Of a DNA stretch of 64,000 bases, positions 1-19,063 are shown piece by piece. The position numbers and the translations under genes were made by a program. The stretch's first letter is position 1; each line of letters starts with the position of its first letter. The notes under the pieces were generated by a model. That model ran no database searches and was not told the DNA's origin. It saw only the letters and a program-made list of their open reading frames with translations. Origin of the DNA: Escherichia coli (GTDB taxonomy: Bacteria; Pseudomonadota; Gammaproteobacteria; Enterobacterales; Enterobacteriaceae); assembly GCF_003018235.1 (NCBI RefSeq), contig NZ_CP027437.1. One strand, given 5' to 3'.

Positions 1-64
1 GATTCTACCTGTCGATTCCAGTACGTACTGAATATGCTGTAGTAGCTCGTCGTTGTGCACTGAT

Positions 65-837
<773 letters not shown>

Positions 838-941
838 ATCAGCATACTTGTCCTTAGCCTTCTGCAGTGACAGCTGGTAGTACAGCGTGCTTCTGGCCAG
901 CCCTGCAGCCTTTAACAGGTCAGACTGGCAGTGTCCGCACC

Positions 942-1472
942 TCAGGCTCCGGATGACTTTCGTTTTTTCTCCAGCTCCTGGCGCTTTTTTTCCAGGAGAT
1001 GCTCCTGCATGGCTTTCAGATATGCATTTTCTGCGCGAAGATAACGCAGCTCATTCTTCATCTCTTCCGGCGTCATGTTTGCCTCGTTTTCATGGGTATC
1101 ATCAGAACGGGTCATGCTTTTCTCCTTCCTGCGCCTGATAAAGGCCTCATTACCAGATTTGCGGTAGCCTTTTATCCAGTTTTTAACCGTGTTGTGGCTG
1201 GGAATGTTAAACCGGGCAGCTACCCGGGGTAGAGACTCAGAATGCCCGAGAGCATAAAGAACCACGCAAAGTTTATCTTCAGGAGAATAGCTACGCTTGT
1301 GTCTGCAATCCAGTGCCTGAGGACCGTGAAGAAGAAAAAGATTAATCCAGTGTGAGAGGCTGGTGTGAGAAAGTTGAAAGAGTTTTGCCGTAGAAATGAT
1401 GCCTGCATGACCGGCCAGGTAATGATTTACAGCGGCAAGTTTTACTTCAAATGAATGTTTCATAAACTGCAC
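942..1472 (-). CDS. IS3-family transposase OrfA (HTH, leucine-zipper region)
   Basis: 176-aa ORF directly upstream of orfB on the same strand; basic, coiled C-terminus typical of IS3/IS150 OrfA. Confidence 0.75.
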   Translation of the reverse strand: MQFMKHSFEVKLAAVNHYLAGHAGIISTAKLFQLSHTSLSHWINLFLLHGPQALDCRHKRSYSPEDKLCVVLYALGHSESLPRVAARFNIPSHNTVKNWIKGYRKSGNEAFIRRRKEKSMTRSDDTHENEANMTPEEMKNELRYLRAENAYLKAMQEHLLEKKRQELEKKRKSSGA

Positions 1473-1514
1473 CTTCAGATGTCAGATTGTGTCCAACATT
1501 TGGGGTGCAGTTCA

Positions 1515-1532
1515 TGAAGCGTCTTATCAGGC
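1515..1532. repeat. REP/PU palindrome, right arm plus duplicated TGAA
   Basis: GCGTCTTATCAGGC follows the TGAA target duplication. Confidence 0.8.
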
Positions 1533-1547
1533 ATTCGATGCCAGCAT

Positions 1548-2099
1548 TCACGGTAATTCCGGCGGCAACCACTCATCCACTTCAATCAACACCAGCAATG
1601 CCGCATCACCACCGTACTCTTTTGGTGCCTGGTGAAATGCCATCACATGCGGATGTTGCGCCAGCCACAGCGGCGTTTGCTGCTTCAAAATATGCTTCCC
1701 ATGACCATGCATCACGCAGGCACAAAACACATGTTCGCGGCGACAGGCGGCAATCAATGCGCCTAACTCCTGCTTGGCTTGCAGCTGCGTCAAACCGTGC
1801 AAATCCAAAAACAGCTCCGGTGAATAATCGCCACGGCGTAACTTCTTCGCCTCAAAATGGCTTACATCCGGGCGAACATATTTCACCGGACCTTCGGTAT
1901 TCAATAATGGCTGAAATTCATCGGAAAAATAATGGCTGGCATCGGCCTGCTCCTGAATCAACCGTTTCACCGGCACTTCGCTGATTTTCTTACGCTGCGG
2001 TCGGTGGACAATCGTGTCCTGCTTAATCTTGCGAGTCCCCGCCATCAACTGGCGAAACAGAGCCTGGTCCTCCTCGCTAAGTGTTGTTTTCTTTTTCAT
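1548..2099 (-). CDS. smrB: SmrB (Smr-domain endonuclease)
   Basis: 183-aa ORF matching recalled E. coli SmrB; conserved position next to prmB. Confidence 0.9.
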
Positions 2100-2255
2100 T
2101 TATCTGTCTCTATTTCTAATTTTCCTACAGTTTACCCGACTCGTAGCGCAATCGATCGTTTTAAACGTATTTTTCCTCACTCACCGCGCGTGAATGCTGA
2201 TTTATCGTCATCTTCATGGCAAACTAGCCGCCGAAATTATTGCGATCATGCCCTG

Positions 2256-3197
2256 GAGGAATACGTGGATAAAATTTTCGTTGATGAAGCAGTAAATGAG
2301 CTGCAAACCATTCAGGACATGTTGCGCTGGTCGGTGAGCCGCTTCAGCGCGGCGAATATCTGGTACGGCCACGGCACTGACAACCCGTGGGATGAAGCCG
2401 TGCAACTGGTGTTGCCTTCACTCTACCTGCCGCTGGATATCCCGGAAGATATGCGCACCGCGCGTCTGACCTCCAGCGAAAAACACCGTATTGTTGAACG
2501 CGTGATCCGCCGTGTCAATGAACGCATTCCGGTGGCTTACCTGACTAACAAAGCGTGGTTCTGCGGTCATGAATTTTACGTCGATGAACGCGTGCTGGTG
2601 CCGCGCTCGCCGATTGGTGAACTGATCAACAATAAATTTGCCGGACTTATCAGCAAGCAACCGCAGCATATTTTAGATATGTGTACCGGTAGCGGCTGCA
2701 TTGCGATTGCCTGTGCTTATGCTTTCCCGGAAGCGGAAGTCGACGCGGTAGATATCTCTCCCGACGCGCTGGCGGTTGCTGAACAGAACATCGAAGAACA
2801 CGGTCTGATCCACAACGTCATTCCGATTCGCTCCGATCTGTTCCGTGATTTACCGAAAGTGCAGTACGACCTGATTGTCACTAACCCGCCATATGTCGAT
2901 GCGGAAGATATGTCCGACCTGCCAAATGAGTACCGTCACGAGCCGGAACTGGGCCTGGCATCTGGCACCGACGGCCTGAAACTGACGCGTCGCATTCTCG
3001 GAAACGCGGCAGATTACCTCGCTGATGATGGCGTGCTGATTTGTGAAGTGGGCAACAGCATGGTACATCTTATGGAACAATATCCGGATGTTCCGTTCAC
3101 CTGGCTGGAGTTTGATAACGGCGGCGATGGTGTGTTTATGCTCACCAAAGAGCAGCTGCTGGCGGCCCGTGAACATTTCGCGATTTATAAAGATTAA
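2256..3197 (+). CDS. prmB: Ribosomal protein uL3 glutamine methyltransferase PrmB
   Basis: GTG start giving [14 protein letters not shown]…; NPPY methyltransferase motif (VTNPPYV). Confidence 0.9.
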   Translation, partial: EEYVDKIFVDEAVNELQTIQDMLRWSVSRFSAANIWYGHGTDNPWDEAVQLVLPSLYLPLDIPEDMRTARLTSSEKHRIVERVIRRVNERIPVAYLTNKAWFCGHEFYVDERVLVPRSPIGELINNKFAGLISKQPQHILDMCTGSGCIAIACAYAFPEAEVDAVDISPDALAVAEQNIEEHGLIHNVIPIRSDLFRDLPKVQYDLIVTNPPYVDAEDMSDLPNEYRHEPELGLASGTDGLKLTRRILGNAADYLADDGVLICEVGNSMVHLMEQYPDVPFTWLEFDNGGDGVFMLTKEQLLAAREHFAIYKD

Positions 3198-3231
3198 GTA
3201 AACACGCAAACACAACAATAACGGAGCCGTG

Positions 3232-4317
3232 ATGGCTGGAAACACAATTGGACAACTCTTTCGCGTAACCACCTTCGGCGAATCGCACGGGCTGGCGCTC
3301 GGCTGCATCGTCGATGGTGTTCCGCCAGGCATTCCGCTCACGGAAGCGGACCTGCAACATGATCTCGACCGTCGTCGTCCTGGGACATCGCGCTACACCA
3401 CCCAGCGTCGTGAGCCGGATCAGGTCAAAATACTCTCCGGTGTTTTTGAAGGCGTTACTACCGGCACCAGCATTGGCTTGTTGATCGAAAATACCGACCA
3501 GCGTTCTCAGGATTACAGCGCCATTAAAGACGTTTTCCGTCCAGGCCATGCCGATTACACCTACGAACAAAAATACGGTCTGCGCGATTATCGCGGCGGC
3601 GGGCGCTCTTCCGCCCGCGAAACCGCCATGCGCGTGGCAGCGGGGGCGATTGCCAAAAAATATCTCGCCGAGAAATTTGGCATTGAGATTCGCGGCTGCC
3701 TGACCCAGATGGGCGACATTCCGCTGGAAATCAAAGACTGGTCGCAGGTCGAGCAAAATCCGTTTTTCTGCCCGGACCCGGACAAAATCGACGCGTTAGA
3801 TGAACTGATGCGCGCGCTGAAAAAAGAGGGCGACTCCATCGGCGCGAAAGTCACCGTTGTTGCCAGTGGCGTCCCCGCCGGACTTGGCGAGCCGGTCTTT
3901 GATCGCCTGGATGCCGACATCGCCCATGCGCTGATGAGCATCAACGCGGTGAAAGGCGTGGAAATTGGCGACGGTTTTGACGTGGTAGCGCTGCGTGGCA
4001 GCCAGAACCGCGACGAAATCACCAAAGACGGTTTCCAGAGCAACCATGCGGGCGGCATTCTTGGCGGTATCAGCAGCGGGCAGCAAATCATTGCCCATAT
4101 GGCGCTGAAACCGACCTCCAGCATTACCGTGCCAGGGCGCACAATCAACCGCTTTGGCGAAGAAGTTGAGATGATCACCAAAGGCCGTCACGATCCTTGT
4201 GTCGGGATCCGTGCGGTGCCGATCGCAGAAGCGATGCTGGCGATCGTTTTAATGGATCACCTGTTACGGCAGCGGGCGCAAAATGCCGATGTGAAGACTG
4301 ATATTCCACGCTGGTAA
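3232..4317 (+). CDS. aroC: Chorismate synthase
   Basis: [20 protein letters not shown]… matches AroC; about 361 aa. Confidence 0.95.
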   Translation: MAGNTIGQLFRVTTFGESHGLALGCIVDGVPPGIPLTEADLQHDLDRRRPGTSRYTTQRREPDQVKILSGVFEGVTTGTSIGLLIENTDQRSQDYSAIKDVFRPGHADYTYEQKYGLRDYRGGGRSSARETAMRVAAGAIAKKYLAEKFGIEIRGCLTQMGDIPLEIKDWSQVEQNPFFCPDPDKIDALDELMRALKKEGDSIGAKVTVVASGVPAGLGEPVFDRLDADIAHALMSINAVKGVEIGDGFDVVALRGSQNRDEITKDGFQSNHAGGILGGISSGQQIIAHMALKPTSSITVPGRTINRFGEEVEMITKGRHDPCVGIRAVPIAEAMLAIVLMDHLLRQRAQNADVKTDIPRW

Positions 4318-4320
4318 AAA

Positions 4321-5145
4321 ATGAACAAAACCGCGATTGCGCTGCTGGCCCTGCTTGCCAGTAGCGCCAGCCTGGCAGCGACGCCGTGGCAAAAAATAAC
4401 CCAACCTGTGCCGGGTAGCGCACAATCGATAGGCAGTTTTTCTAATGGCTGTATCGTCGGCGCTGACACGCTGCCGATACAGTCCGAACATTATCAGGTC
4501 ATGCGTACCGATCAGCGTCGCTATTTCGGACACCCGGATCTGGTGATGTTTATCCAGCGTCTGAGTAGCCAGGTGAGCAATCTGGGCTTGGGCACGGTGC
4601 TGATTGGCGATATGGGGATGCCTGCTGGTGGTCGTTTCAACGGCGGTCACGCCAGCCACCAGACCGGACTGGATGTTGATATCTTCCTGCAACTGCCAAA
4701 AACACGCTGGACCTCCGCGCAGCTCTTGCGCCCGCAAGCGTTAGATTTAGTTTCCCGCGACGGTAAACACGTTGTCCCGACGCTGTGGAAGCCGGAAATT
4801 TTCAGCTTGATCAAACTCGCCGCCCAGGACAAAGACGTCACGCGCATTTTTGTTAATCCGGCGATTAAACAACAACTTTGCCTTGATGCGGGCACCGATC
4901 GCGACTGGTTGCGCAAAGTGCGACCCTGGTTCCAGCATCGCGCGCATATGCATGTACGATTACGTTGTCCTGCCGATAGTCTGGAGTGTGAAGATCAACC
5001 TTTACCGCCACCGGGCGATGGTTGCGGGGCAGAACTGCAAAGCTGGTTTGAACCTCCAAAACCGGGAACAACAAAGCCTGAGAAGAAGACACCGCCTCCG
5101 TTGCCGCCTTCCTGCCAGGCGCTACTGGATGAGCACGTGATCTAA
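4321..5145 (+). CDS. mepA: Penicillin-insensitive murein endopeptidase MepA
   Basis: 274 aa with signal peptide; conserved position after aroC. Confidence 0.9.
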   Translation: MNKTAIALLALLASSASLAATPWQKITQPVPGSAQSIGSFSNGCIVGADTLPIQSEHYQVMRTDQRRYFGHPDLVMFIQRLSSQVSNLGLGTVLIGDMGMPAGGRFNGGHASHQTGLDVDIFLQLPKTRWTSAQLLRPQALDLVSRDGKHVVPTLWKPEIFSLIKLAAQDKDVTRIFVNPAIKQQLCLDAGTDRDWLRKVRPWFQHRAHMHVRLRCPADSLECEDQPLPPPGDGCGAELQSWFEPPKPGTTKPEKKTPPPLPPSCQALLDEHVI

Positions 5146-5954
5146 TGGAAACGTTTAATAGCCTGTTTATGGTTTCCCCGCTGTTGCTGGGAGTTCTCTT
5201 TTTTGTCGCCATGCTGGCGGGATTTATCGACTCGATTGCCGGTGGCGGTGGGTTACTCACTATTCCGGCATTGATGGCGGCGGGGATGTCTCCCGCTAAC
5301 GCGCTGGCAACCAATAAACTGCAAGCCTGCGGTGGCTCTATTTCCGCCACTATCTACTTTATTCGCCGCAAAGTGGTTAGTTTAAGCGATCAGAAACTCA
5401 ATATCGCCATGACCTTTGTCGGCTCAATGAGCGGCGCATTGCTGGTGCAGTATGTTCAGGCTGATGTCTTACGGCAGATTTTGCCCATTCTGGTGATTTG
5501 TATCGGCCTCTATTTCTTGCTGATGCCAAAGCTGGGTGAAGAAGATCGCCAGCGCCGGATGTACGGTTTACCCTTCGCGTTAATTGCCGGTGGCTGCGTC
5601 GGTTTTTATGACGGCTTCTTTGGTCCGGCAGCGGGATCGTTTTACGCGCTGGCCTTTGTTACGCTGTGCGGATTCAACCTCGCCAAAGCCACGGCTCACG
5701 CCAAATTACTCAACGCAACGTCAAATATCGGCGGTTTACTGCTGTTTATTCTCGGTGGCAAAGTGATTTGGGCGACAGGATTCGTGATGCTGGTGGGGCA
5801 GTTCCTCGGCGCGCGCATGGGTTCACGACTGGTGTTGAGCAAAGGACAAAAGCTGATCCGCCCGATGATTGTTATTGTCTCAGCGGTGATGAGTGCCAAA
5901 TTACTTTACGATAGCCACGGACAGGAGATCCTCCACTGGTTGGGGATGAACTAA
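5145..5954 (+). CDS. yfcA: TauE/SafE-family inner membrane protein YfcA
   Basis: 269-aa polytopic membrane protein; synteny. Confidence 0.85.
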   Translation: METFNSLFMVSPLLLGVLFFVAMLAGFIDSIAGGGGLLTIPALMAAGMSPANALATNKLQACGGSISATIYFIRRKVVSLSDQKLNIAMTFVGSMSGALLVQYVQADVLRQILPILVICIGLYFLLMPKLGEEDRQRRMYGLPFALIAGGCVGFYDGFFGPAAGSFYALAFVTLCGFNLAKATAHAKLLNATSNIGGLLLFILGGKVIWATGFVMLVGQFLGARMGSRLVLSKGQKLIRPMIVIVSAVMSAKLLYDSHGQEILHWLGMN

Positions 5955-6502
5955 TGAACAGTACACACCACTATGAGCAGTTGATTGAAATTTTTAATAG
6001 CTGCTTTGCCGATGAATTTAATACCCGTCTGATTAAAGGCGACGACGAACCGATCTATCTTCCTGCTGATGCGGAAGTACCGTATAACCGAATCGTCTTT
6101 GCTCATGGCTTTTATGCCAGCGCAATTCATGAGATTTCGCACTGGTGTATTGCCGGGAAAGCGCGCCGTGAGCTGGTTGATTTCGGCTACTGGTATTGCC
6201 CGGACGGACGCGATGCCCAAACGCAAAGCCAGTTTGAAGATGTTGAAGTGAAGCCACAGGCGTTCGACTGGTTGTTCTGCGTGGCGGCGGGATATCCGTT
6301 TAATGTCAGTTGCGACAATCTGGAAGGGGATTTCGAACCGGATCGCGTGGTGTTTCAACGGCGGGTACATGCACAGGTGATGGATTACCTGGCAAACGGC
6401 ATTCCTGAACGCCCGGCACGCTTCATTAAAGCATTACAAAATTATTATCACACGCCGGAACTTACGGCGGAACAGTTCCCGTGGCCGGAAGCGCTCAACT
6501 AA
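5954..6502 (+). CDS. epmC: EF-P hydroxylase EpmC (YfcM)
   Basis: 182-aa ORF; synteny with yfcA and yfcL. Confidence 0.85.
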   Translation: MNSTHHYEQLIEIFNSCFADEFNTRLIKGDDEPIYLPADAEVPYNRIVFAHGFYASAIHEISHWCIAGKARRELVDFGYWYCPDGRDAQTQSQFEDVEVKPQAFDWLFCVAAGYPFNVSCDNLEGDFEPDRVVFQRRVHAQVMDYLANGIPERPARFIKALQNYYHTPELTAEQFPWPEALN

Positions 6503-6535
6503 AGCCAGCGCCACGTTTTACAATGAGGAAAGAAG

Positions 6536-6814
6536 ATGATCGCGGAGTTTGAATCACGCATTCTGGCATTAATCGACGGTATGGTTGACCATGCCAGTGA
6601 TGATGAGTTGTTTGCCAGTGGGTATTTGCGTGGCCACCTGACATTAGCCATCGCAGAACTGGAAAGTGGTGATGACCACTCCGCCCAGGCGGTACATACA
6701 ACCGTTAGCCAGAGTCTGGAAAAAGCCATTGGTGCCGGTGAGTTGTCGCCGCGTGACCAGGCGCTGGTGACCGATATGTGGGAAAACCTGTTTCAGCAGG
6801 CGTCACAGCAGTAA
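6536..6814 (+). CDS. yfcL: YfcL family protein
   Basis: 92-aa acidic protein; synteny. Confidence 0.8.
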
Positions 6815-6820
6815 GTTGCG

Positions 6821-8201
<1,381 letters not shown>

Positions 8202-8214
8202 ATGCCAAAGCTGG

Positions 8215-10287
<2,073 letters not shown>

Positions 10288-10379
10288 CTATTAATTGGCT
10301 GATCGGACTTGTTCGGCGTACAAGTGTACGCTATTGTGCATTCGAAACTTACTCTATGTGCGACTTACAGAGGTATTGA

Positions 10380-11600
10380 ATGAAACGTGCAGTGATTACT
10401 GGCCTGGGCATTGTTTCCAGCATCGGTAATAACCAGCAGGAAGTCCTGGCATCTCTGCGTGAAGGACGTTCAGGGATCACTTTCTCTCAGGAGCTGAAGG
10501 ATTCCGGCATGCGTAGCCACGTCTGGGGCAACGTAAAACTGGATACCACTGGCCTCATTGACCGCAAAGTTGTGCGCTTTATGAGCGACGCATCCATTTA
10601 TGCATTCCTTTCTATGGAGCAGGCAATTGCAGATGCTGGCCTCTCCCCGGAAGCTTACCAGAATAACCCGCGCGTTGGCCTGATTGCAGGTTCTGGCGGC
10701 GGTTCCCCGCGTTTCCAGGTCTTCGGCGCTGACGCAATGCGCGGCCCGCGCGGCCTGAAAGCGGTTGGCCCGTATGTGGTCACCAAAGCGATGGCATCTG
10801 GCGTTTCTGCCTGCCTCGCCACGCCGTTTAAAATTCACGGTGTAAACTACTCCATCAGCTCCGCGTGTGCGACCTCCGCACACTGTATCGGTAACGCAGT
10901 AGAGCAGATCCAACTGGGCAAACAGGACATCGTGTTTGCTGGCGGCGGCGAAGAGCTGTGCTGGGAAATGGCCTGCGAATTCGACGCAATGGGTGCGCTG
11001 TCTACCAAATACAACGACACCCCGGAAAAAGCCTCCCGTACTTATGACGCTCACCGTGACGGTTTCGTTATCGCTGGCGGCGGCGGTATGGTGGTGGTCG
11101 AAGAACTGGAACACGCGTTGGCACGTGGTGCTCATATCTACGCTGAAATCGTTGGCTACGGCGCAACGTCTGATGGCGCAGACATGGTTGCTCCGTCTGG
11201 CGAAGGCGCAGTGCGTTGCATGAAGATGGCGATGCACGGTGTTGATACCCCAATCGACTACCTGAACTCCCACGGTACTTCGACTCCGGTTGGCGACGTG
11301 AAAGAGCTGGCGGCTATCCGTGAAGTGTTCGGCGATAAGAGCCCGGCGATTTCTGCAACCAAAGCAATGACCGGTCACTCTCTGGGCGCTGCTGGCGTAC
11401 AGGAAGCTATCTACTCTCTGCTGATGCTGGAACACGGCTTTATCGCCCCGAGCATCAACATTGAAGAGCTGGACGAACAGGCTGCGGGTCTGAACATCGT
11501 GACCGAAACGACCGATCGCGAATTGACCACCGTTATGTCTAACAGCTTCGGCTTCGGCGGCACCAACGCCACGCTGGTAATGCGCAAGCTGAAAGATTAA
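10380..11600 (+). CDS. fabB: 3-oxoacyl-ACP synthase I (KAS I)
   Basis: 406 aa, [18 protein letters not shown]…; active-site Cys region [12 protein letters not shown]. Confidence 0.95.
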
Positions 11601-11604
11601 TTCG

Positions 11605-11662
11605 CAGTAGGTCGGAGTAGCTCGGAGTAGGTCGGATAAGACGCGCCAGCGTCGCATCCGAC
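11605..11662. repeat. REP element cluster downstream of fabB
   Basis: GTAGGTCGGAGTAGCTCGGAGTAGGTCGGATAAGACGCGCCAGCGTCGCATCCGAC. Confidence 0.8.
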
Positions 11663-11882
11663 GATATGCACCAATACCGCCTCCGGCACTAATGCAAAAG
11701 GGAACCCGATGGTTCCCTTTTGCACACCATTGACAATCGCCGCCTGTTCCAGGCAAACTTCCCGCTTTGTCGATTTCCTTCTGAAAAGACGTACGCGTTA
11801 AATCCTGCCAACGCACCGTAACCCTGAAAACCAGAGAGATGAGACGGGGAGACTCCTCGCCTTGCGCTGCATTCTGGAGTAA

Positions 11883-14056
<2,174 letters not shown>

Positions 14057-14154
14057 TACGTATCCTTATACCTGAAATCTTCGCAAGTATGCCTGGCCGC
14101 GAGATTATGGCACACTTGTCCGGTTAACTCTCGTCTCATACAGGTAACACAAAC

Positions 14155-15291
14155 GTGAAAATCCTTGTTGATGAAAATATGCCTTATGCCCGCGACTTAT
14201 TTAGCCGTTTGGGTGAGGTGACCGCGGTTCCCGGGCGTCCAATCCCCGTGGCTCAACTGGCAGACGCGGATGCGCTGATGGTGCGTTCGGTCACGAAAGT
14301 GAATGAATCTTTGCTGGCAGGAAAACCCATTAAATTTGTTGGCACTGCCACCGCGGGGACCGACCATGTCGATGAAGCGTGGTTAAAGCAGGCGGGAATT
14401 GGTTTTTCCGCGGCACCAGGCTGTAATGCGATTGCGGTGGTGGAATATGTTTTCTCCTCACTGCTGATGCTTGCCGAACGCGATGGATTTTCACTGCACG
14501 ACCGTACAGTGGGGATCGTGGGCGTTGGTAACGTTGGTCGCCGTTTACAGGCGCGACTGGAAGCGTTAGGGATTACAACCTTGCTTTGCGATCCGCCTCG
14601 CGCCGACCGTGGGGATGAGGGGGATTTCCGCTCGCTGGATGAATTAGTTCAGCATGCGGATATTCTGACTTTCCATACGCCACTCTTTAAAGATGGTCCG
14701 TACAAAACGCTGCATCTGGCGGATGAAAAACTGATCCGTAGCCTGAAACCAGGAGCGATTCTGATTAACGCCTGCCGTGGCGCAGTCGTCGATAATACTG
14801 CCCTATTGACCTGTCTGAACGAAGGCCAGAAGTTAAGCGTAGTGTTGGATGTCTGGGAAGGCGAACCGGAACTTAACGTGGAATTGCTGAAAAAAGTGGA
14901 TATCGGCACGCCGCATATCGCAGGCTATACCCTGGAAGGTAAAGCACGCGGTACTACGCAAGTGTTTGAAGCCTATAGCAAGTTTATTGGGCATGAACAA
15001 CACGTTGCGCTAGATACGTTGCTGCCCGCGCCAGAGTTTGGCCGCATTACGCTGCATGGTCCGCTCGATCAACCGACGCTGAAAAGGCTGGTGCATTTGG
15101 TGTATGATGTGCGCCGCGATGACGCACCGCTGCGTAAAGTCGCCGGAATACCGGGTGAGTTCGATAAGCTGCGCAAAAACTATCTTGAGCGCCGTGAATG
15201 GTCATCTCTGTATGTGATTTGTGATGACGCCAGTGCGGCATCATTGCTGTGTAAACTGGGTTTTAACGCCGTTCATCATCCGGCACGTTAA
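14155..15291 (+). CDS. pdxB: Erythronate-4-phosphate dehydrogenase
   Basis: GTG start, [12 protein letters not shown]…; D-2-hydroxyacid dehydrogenase fold with [11 protein letters not shown]-binding motif. Confidence 0.95.
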   Translation: MKILVDENMPYARDLFSRLGEVTAVPGRPIPVAQLADADALMVRSVTKVNESLLAGKPIKFVGTATAGTDHVDEAWLKQAGIGFSAAPGCNAIAVVEYVFSSLLMLAERDGFSLHDRTVGIVGVGNVGRRLQARLEALGITTLLCDPPRADRGDEGDFRSLDELVQHADILTFHTPLFKDGPYKTLHLADEKLIRSLKPGAILINACRGAVVDNTALLTCLNEGQKLSVVLDVWEGEPELNVELLKKVDIGTPHIAGYTLEGKARGTTQVFEAYSKFIGHEQHVALDTLLPAPEFGRITLHGPLDQPTLKRLVHLVYDVRRDDAPLRKVAGIPGEFDKLRKNYLERREWSSLYVICDDASAASLLCKLGFNAVHHPAR

Positions 15292-15356
15292 TCTCTTCTT
15301 CATGCTCTCTGCTGTAATATTGGCAGGGAGCTTTGCTATTTCTGGAGTAAACCACC

Positions 15357-16370
15357 ATGTCTGAAGGCTGGAACATTGCCGTCCTGGGCGCAACTGGCGC
15401 TGTGGGCGAAGCCCTGCTTGAAACGCTGGCTGAACGTCAGTTCCCGGTTGGGGAAATTTATGCACTGGCACGTAACGAAAGCGCAGGCGAACAACTGCGC
15501 TTTGGTGGTAAGACAATCACCGTGCAGGATGCCGCTGAATTCGACTGGACGCAGGCGCAGCTGGCGTTTTTTGTCGCAGGCAAAGAAGCTACCGCTGCCT
15601 GGGTTGAAGAAGCGACCAACTCAGGTTGCCTGGTGATCGATAGCAGCGGATTGTTTGCTCTCGAACCTGACGTACCGCTGGTGGTGCCGGAAGTAAACCC
15701 GTTTGTACTGACCGATTACCGCAACCGGAATGTCATCGCCGTACCGGACAGTCTGACCAGCCAACTGCTGGCGGCACTGAAACCGTTAATCGATCAGGGC
15801 GGTTTGTCGCGTATCAGCGTTACCAGCCTGATTTCAGCCTCCGCCCAGGGTAAAAAAGCGGTCGATGCGTTAGCGGGGCAGAGTGCTAAATTGCTCAACG
15901 GCATTCCGATTGATGAAGAAGATTTCTTCGGGCGTCAGCTGGCGTTCAACATGCTGCCGTTACTGCCGGATAGCGAAGGTAGCGTGCGTGAAGAACGTCG
16001 TATCGTTGACGAAGTACGCAAAATCCTGCAGGACGAAGGGCTGATGATTTCGGCAAGCGTCGTCCAGGCACCGGTATTCTACGGTCATGCCCAGATGGTC
16101 AACTTTGAAGCTCTGCGTCCGCTGGCGGCAGAAGAAGCGCGTGATGCGTTTGCTCAGGGCGAAGATATTGTGCTCTCTGAAGAGAACGAATTCCCGACTC
16201 AGGTGGGGGATGCTTCTGGTACGCCGCATCTTTCCGTTGGCTGCGTACGTAATGACTACGGTATGCCGGAGCAAGTTCAGTTCTGGTCGGTGGCCGATAA
16301 CGTTCGCTTTGGCGGCGCGCTGATGGCAGTAAAAATCGCCGAGAAACTGGTGCAGGAGTATCTGTACTAA
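15357..16370 (+). CDS. usg: USG-1 protein (aspartate-semialdehyde dehydrogenase paralogue)
   Basis: 337 aa; GATGAVG Rossmann motif; sits between pdxB and truA. Confidence 0.9.
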   Translation: MSEGWNIAVLGATGAVGEALLETLAERQFPVGEIYALARNESAGEQLRFGGKTITVQDAAEFDWTQAQLAFFVAGKEATAAWVEEATNSGCLVIDSSGLFALEPDVPLVVPEVNPFVLTDYRNRNVIAVPDSLTSQLLAALKPLIDQGGLSRISVTSLISASAQGKKAVDALAGQSAKLLNGIPIDEEDFFGRQLAFNMLPLLPDSEGSVREERRIVDEVRKILQDEGLMISASVVQAPVFYGHAQMVNFEALRPLAAEEARDAFAQGEDIVLSEENEFPTQVGDASGTPHLSVGCVRNDYGMPEQVQFWSVADNVRFGGALMAVKIAEKLVQEYLY

Positions 16371-17182
16371 TGTCCGACCAGCAACAACCGCCAGTTTATA
16401 AAATTGCGCTGGGCATTGAGTACGACGGCAGTAAGTATTACGGCTGGCAACGGCAGAACGAAGTCCGCAGTGTGCAGGAGAAGCTGGAAAAGGCGCTCTC
16501 CCAGGTGGCGAACGAACCGATCACCGTCTTCTGCGCCGGGCGTACTGACGCAGGTGTACACGGCACCGGGCAGGTTGTGCATTTCGAAACGACCGCGCAG
16601 CGCAAAGACGCTGCGTGGACGTTGGGCGTAAATGCGAATTTACCTGGTGACATCGCCGTGCGTTGGGTTAAAGCTGTACCTGATGATTTTCATGCCCGAT
16701 TTAGCGCCACGGCTCGCCGTTATCGCTACATCATCTACAATCATCGGCTGCGCCCGGCGGTACTGAGTAAAGGGGTAACCCATTTTTACGAACCGCTGGA
16801 CGCTGAACGGATGCATCGGGCTGCGCAATGCCTGCTGGGCGAGAATGATTTCACCTCGTTCCGTGCGGTGCAGTGCCAGTCCCGAACCCCGTGGCGCAAC
16901 GTTATGCATATTAATGTCACGCGTCACGGTCCTTATGTGGTGGTAGATATCAAAGCGAATGCCTTTGTACATCATATGGTCAGGAATATTGTCGGCAGCC
17001 TGATGGAAGTCGGTGCCCACAACCAGCCGGAGAGCTGGATAGCAGAGTTGCTGGCGGCAAAGGACAGAACGCTGGCGGCAGCAACGGCAAAAGCGGAAGG
17101 GCTGTATCTGGTCGCGGTGGATTACCCTGACCGGTATGATCTTCCAAAACCGCCAATGGGCCCGCTATTTCTGGCGGACTAA
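16370..17182 (+). CDS. truA: tRNA pseudouridine(38-40) synthase
   Basis: 270 aa; GRTDAGVHG catalytic motif. Confidence 0.95.
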   Translation: MSDQQQPPVYKIALGIEYDGSKYYGWQRQNEVRSVQEKLEKALSQVANEPITVFCAGRTDAGVHGTGQVVHFETTAQRKDAAWTLGVNANLPGDIAVRWVKAVPDDFHARFSATARRYRYIIYNHRLRPAVLSKGVTHFYEPLDAERMHRAAQCLLGENDFTSFRAVQCQSRTPWRNVMHINVTRHGPYVVVDIKANAFVHHMVRNIVGSLMEVGAHNQPESWIAELLAAKDRTLAAATAKAEGLYLVAVDYPDRYDLPKPPMGPLFLAD

Positions 17183-17264
17183 CAAGAATAATGCTCGGAA
17201 CATTTCAGGCTGTAGCCAACGTAGTTACAGCCTGAAAGATGACGAGTACAAGGCATAGGCTAAT

Positions 17265-17924
17265 ATGGACCTGATTTATTTCCTCATCGATTTTATCCTG
17301 CACATTGACGTGCATCTGGCAGAACTGGTCGCGGAGTATGGCGTCTGGGTTTATGCCATTTTGTTCTTAATTTTGTTCTGTGAAACCGGTCTGGTGGTAA
17401 CGCCGTTTTTACCGGGTGATTCATTGCTGTTTGTTGCCGGTGCGTTGGCATCACTGGAAACCAACGATCTCAACGTCCATATGATGGTGGTGCTGATGCT
17501 GATCGCCGCGATTGTGGGTGACGCGGTGAACTACACCATTGGACGGTTATTCGGTGACAAACTGTTCAGTAATCCGGATTCGAAAATCTTTCGTCGCAGT
17601 TATCTTGATAAGACTCATCAGTTTTATGAGAAACATGGCGGCAAAACGATTATTCTCGCCCGTTTTGTGCCGATCGTCAGAACGTTCGCGCCGTTCGTTG
17701 CGGGAATGGGCCACATGTCGTATCGTCATTTCGCCGCTTTTAACGTCATCGGCGCGTTGCTATGGGTACTGATTTTTACCTACGCGGGTTATTTCTTCGG
17801 AACGCTCCCCTTCATTCAGAGCAACCTTAAACTGATGATTGTTGGGATTATTTTTGTTTCAATATTGCCAGGTGTTTTCGAATTTATTCGCCACAAACGC
17901 GCTGCGGCACGCGCCGCAAAATAA
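17265..17924 (+). CDS. dedA: DedA-family inner membrane protein
   Basis: 219-aa membrane protein; synteny. Confidence 0.9.
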   Translation: MDLIYFLIDFILHIDVHLAELVAEYGVWVYAILFLILFCETGLVVTPFLPGDSLLFVAGALASLETNDLNVHMMVVLMLIAAIVGDAVNYTIGRLFGDKLFSNPDSKIFRRSYLDKTHQFYEKHGGKTIILARFVPIVRTFAPFVAGMGHMSYRHFAAFNVIGALLWVLIFTYAGYFFGTLPFIQSNLKLMIVGIIFVSILPGVFEFIRHKRAAARAAK

Positions 17925-18079
17925 AAAGTAACTCCGCGGTTCGACCACTTTTTTATCCAAAGTTTCGGGCTGTTATGTTTTAATGTGCAACATTCATGGT
18001 CTGTTGGGGGCAAAAATGGCATTATGCGTCCCCAAAGATAAAACTGGCATCGAACCAGGTTCAGACAGAAAGGTCCCTA

Positions 18080-18994
18080 ATGAGCTGGATTGAACGAATT
18101 AAAAGCAACATTACTCCCACCCGCAAGGCGAGCATTCCTGAAGGGGTGTGGACTAAGTGTGATAGCTGCGGTCAGGTTTTATACCGCGCTGAGCTGGAAC
18201 GTAATCTTGAGGTCTGTCCGAAGTGTGACCATCACATGCGTATGACAGCGCGTAATCGCCTGCATAGCCTGTTAGATGAAGGAAGCCTTGTGGAGCTGGG
18301 TAGCGAGCTTGAGCCAAAAGATGTGCTGAAGTTTCGTGACTCCAAGAAGTATAAAGACCGTCTGGCATCTGCGCAGAAAGAAACCGGCGAAAAAGATGCG
18401 CTGGTGGTGATGAAAGGCACCCTGTATGGAATGCCAGTTGTCGCTGCGGCATTCGAGTTCGCCTTTATGGGCGGTTCCATGGGGTCTGTGGTAGGTGCAC
18501 GTTTCGTGCGTGCCGTTGAGCAGGCGCTGGAAGATAACTGCCCACTGATCTGCTTCTCCGCCTCTGGTGGCGCACGTATGCAGGAAGCACTGATGTCGCT
18601 GATGCAGATGGCGAAAACCTCTGCGGCGCTGGCAAAAATGCAGGAGCGCGGCTTGCCGTACATCTCCGTTCTGACCGACCCGACCATGGGCGGTGTTTCT
18701 GCAAGTTTCGCCATGCTGGGCGATCTCAACATCGCTGAACCGAAAGCGTTAATCGGCTTTGCCGGTCCGCGAGTTATCGAACAGACCGTTCGCGAAAAAC
18801 TTCCGCCAGGATTCCAGCGCAGTGAATTCCTGATCGAGAAAGGCGCGATCGACATGATCGTCCGTCGTCCGGAAATGCGCCTGAAACTGGCGAGCATTCT
18901 GGCGAAGTTGATGAATCTGCCAGCGCCGAATCCTGAAGCGCCGCGTGAAGGCGTAGTGGTGCCACCGGTACCAGATCAGGAACCTGAGGCCTGA
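18080..18994 (+). CDS. accD: Acetyl-CoA carboxylase carboxyltransferase beta subunit
   Basis: 304 aa from [10 protein letters not shown]…; Zn-finger CDSCGQ…CPKCDHH; the track ORF is extended upstream. Confidence 0.95.
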
Positions 18995-19004
18995 TAACTG
19001 ATAA

Positions 19005-19032
19005 GGGCAGGGCCACTGGCTCTGCCCTTTTG
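19005..19032 (+). terminator. Rho-independent terminator downstream of accD
   Basis: GC-rich hairpin GGGCAGGGCCACTGGCTCTGCCC followed by a T-run. Confidence 0.7.
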
Positions 19033-19063
19033 CTATTCTCACCGTAACGAATCAGCGGATACC

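Noticed and set aside
11600-11670. Clusters of GTAGGTCGGA…/GCCTGATGCGACGC repeats (also at 20982..21066 and 56272..56311) considered as possible CRISPR or attachment sites
   Set aside because: They match the REP/BIME consensus, are palindromic, and lack the spacer-repeat periodicity of CRISPR arrays.
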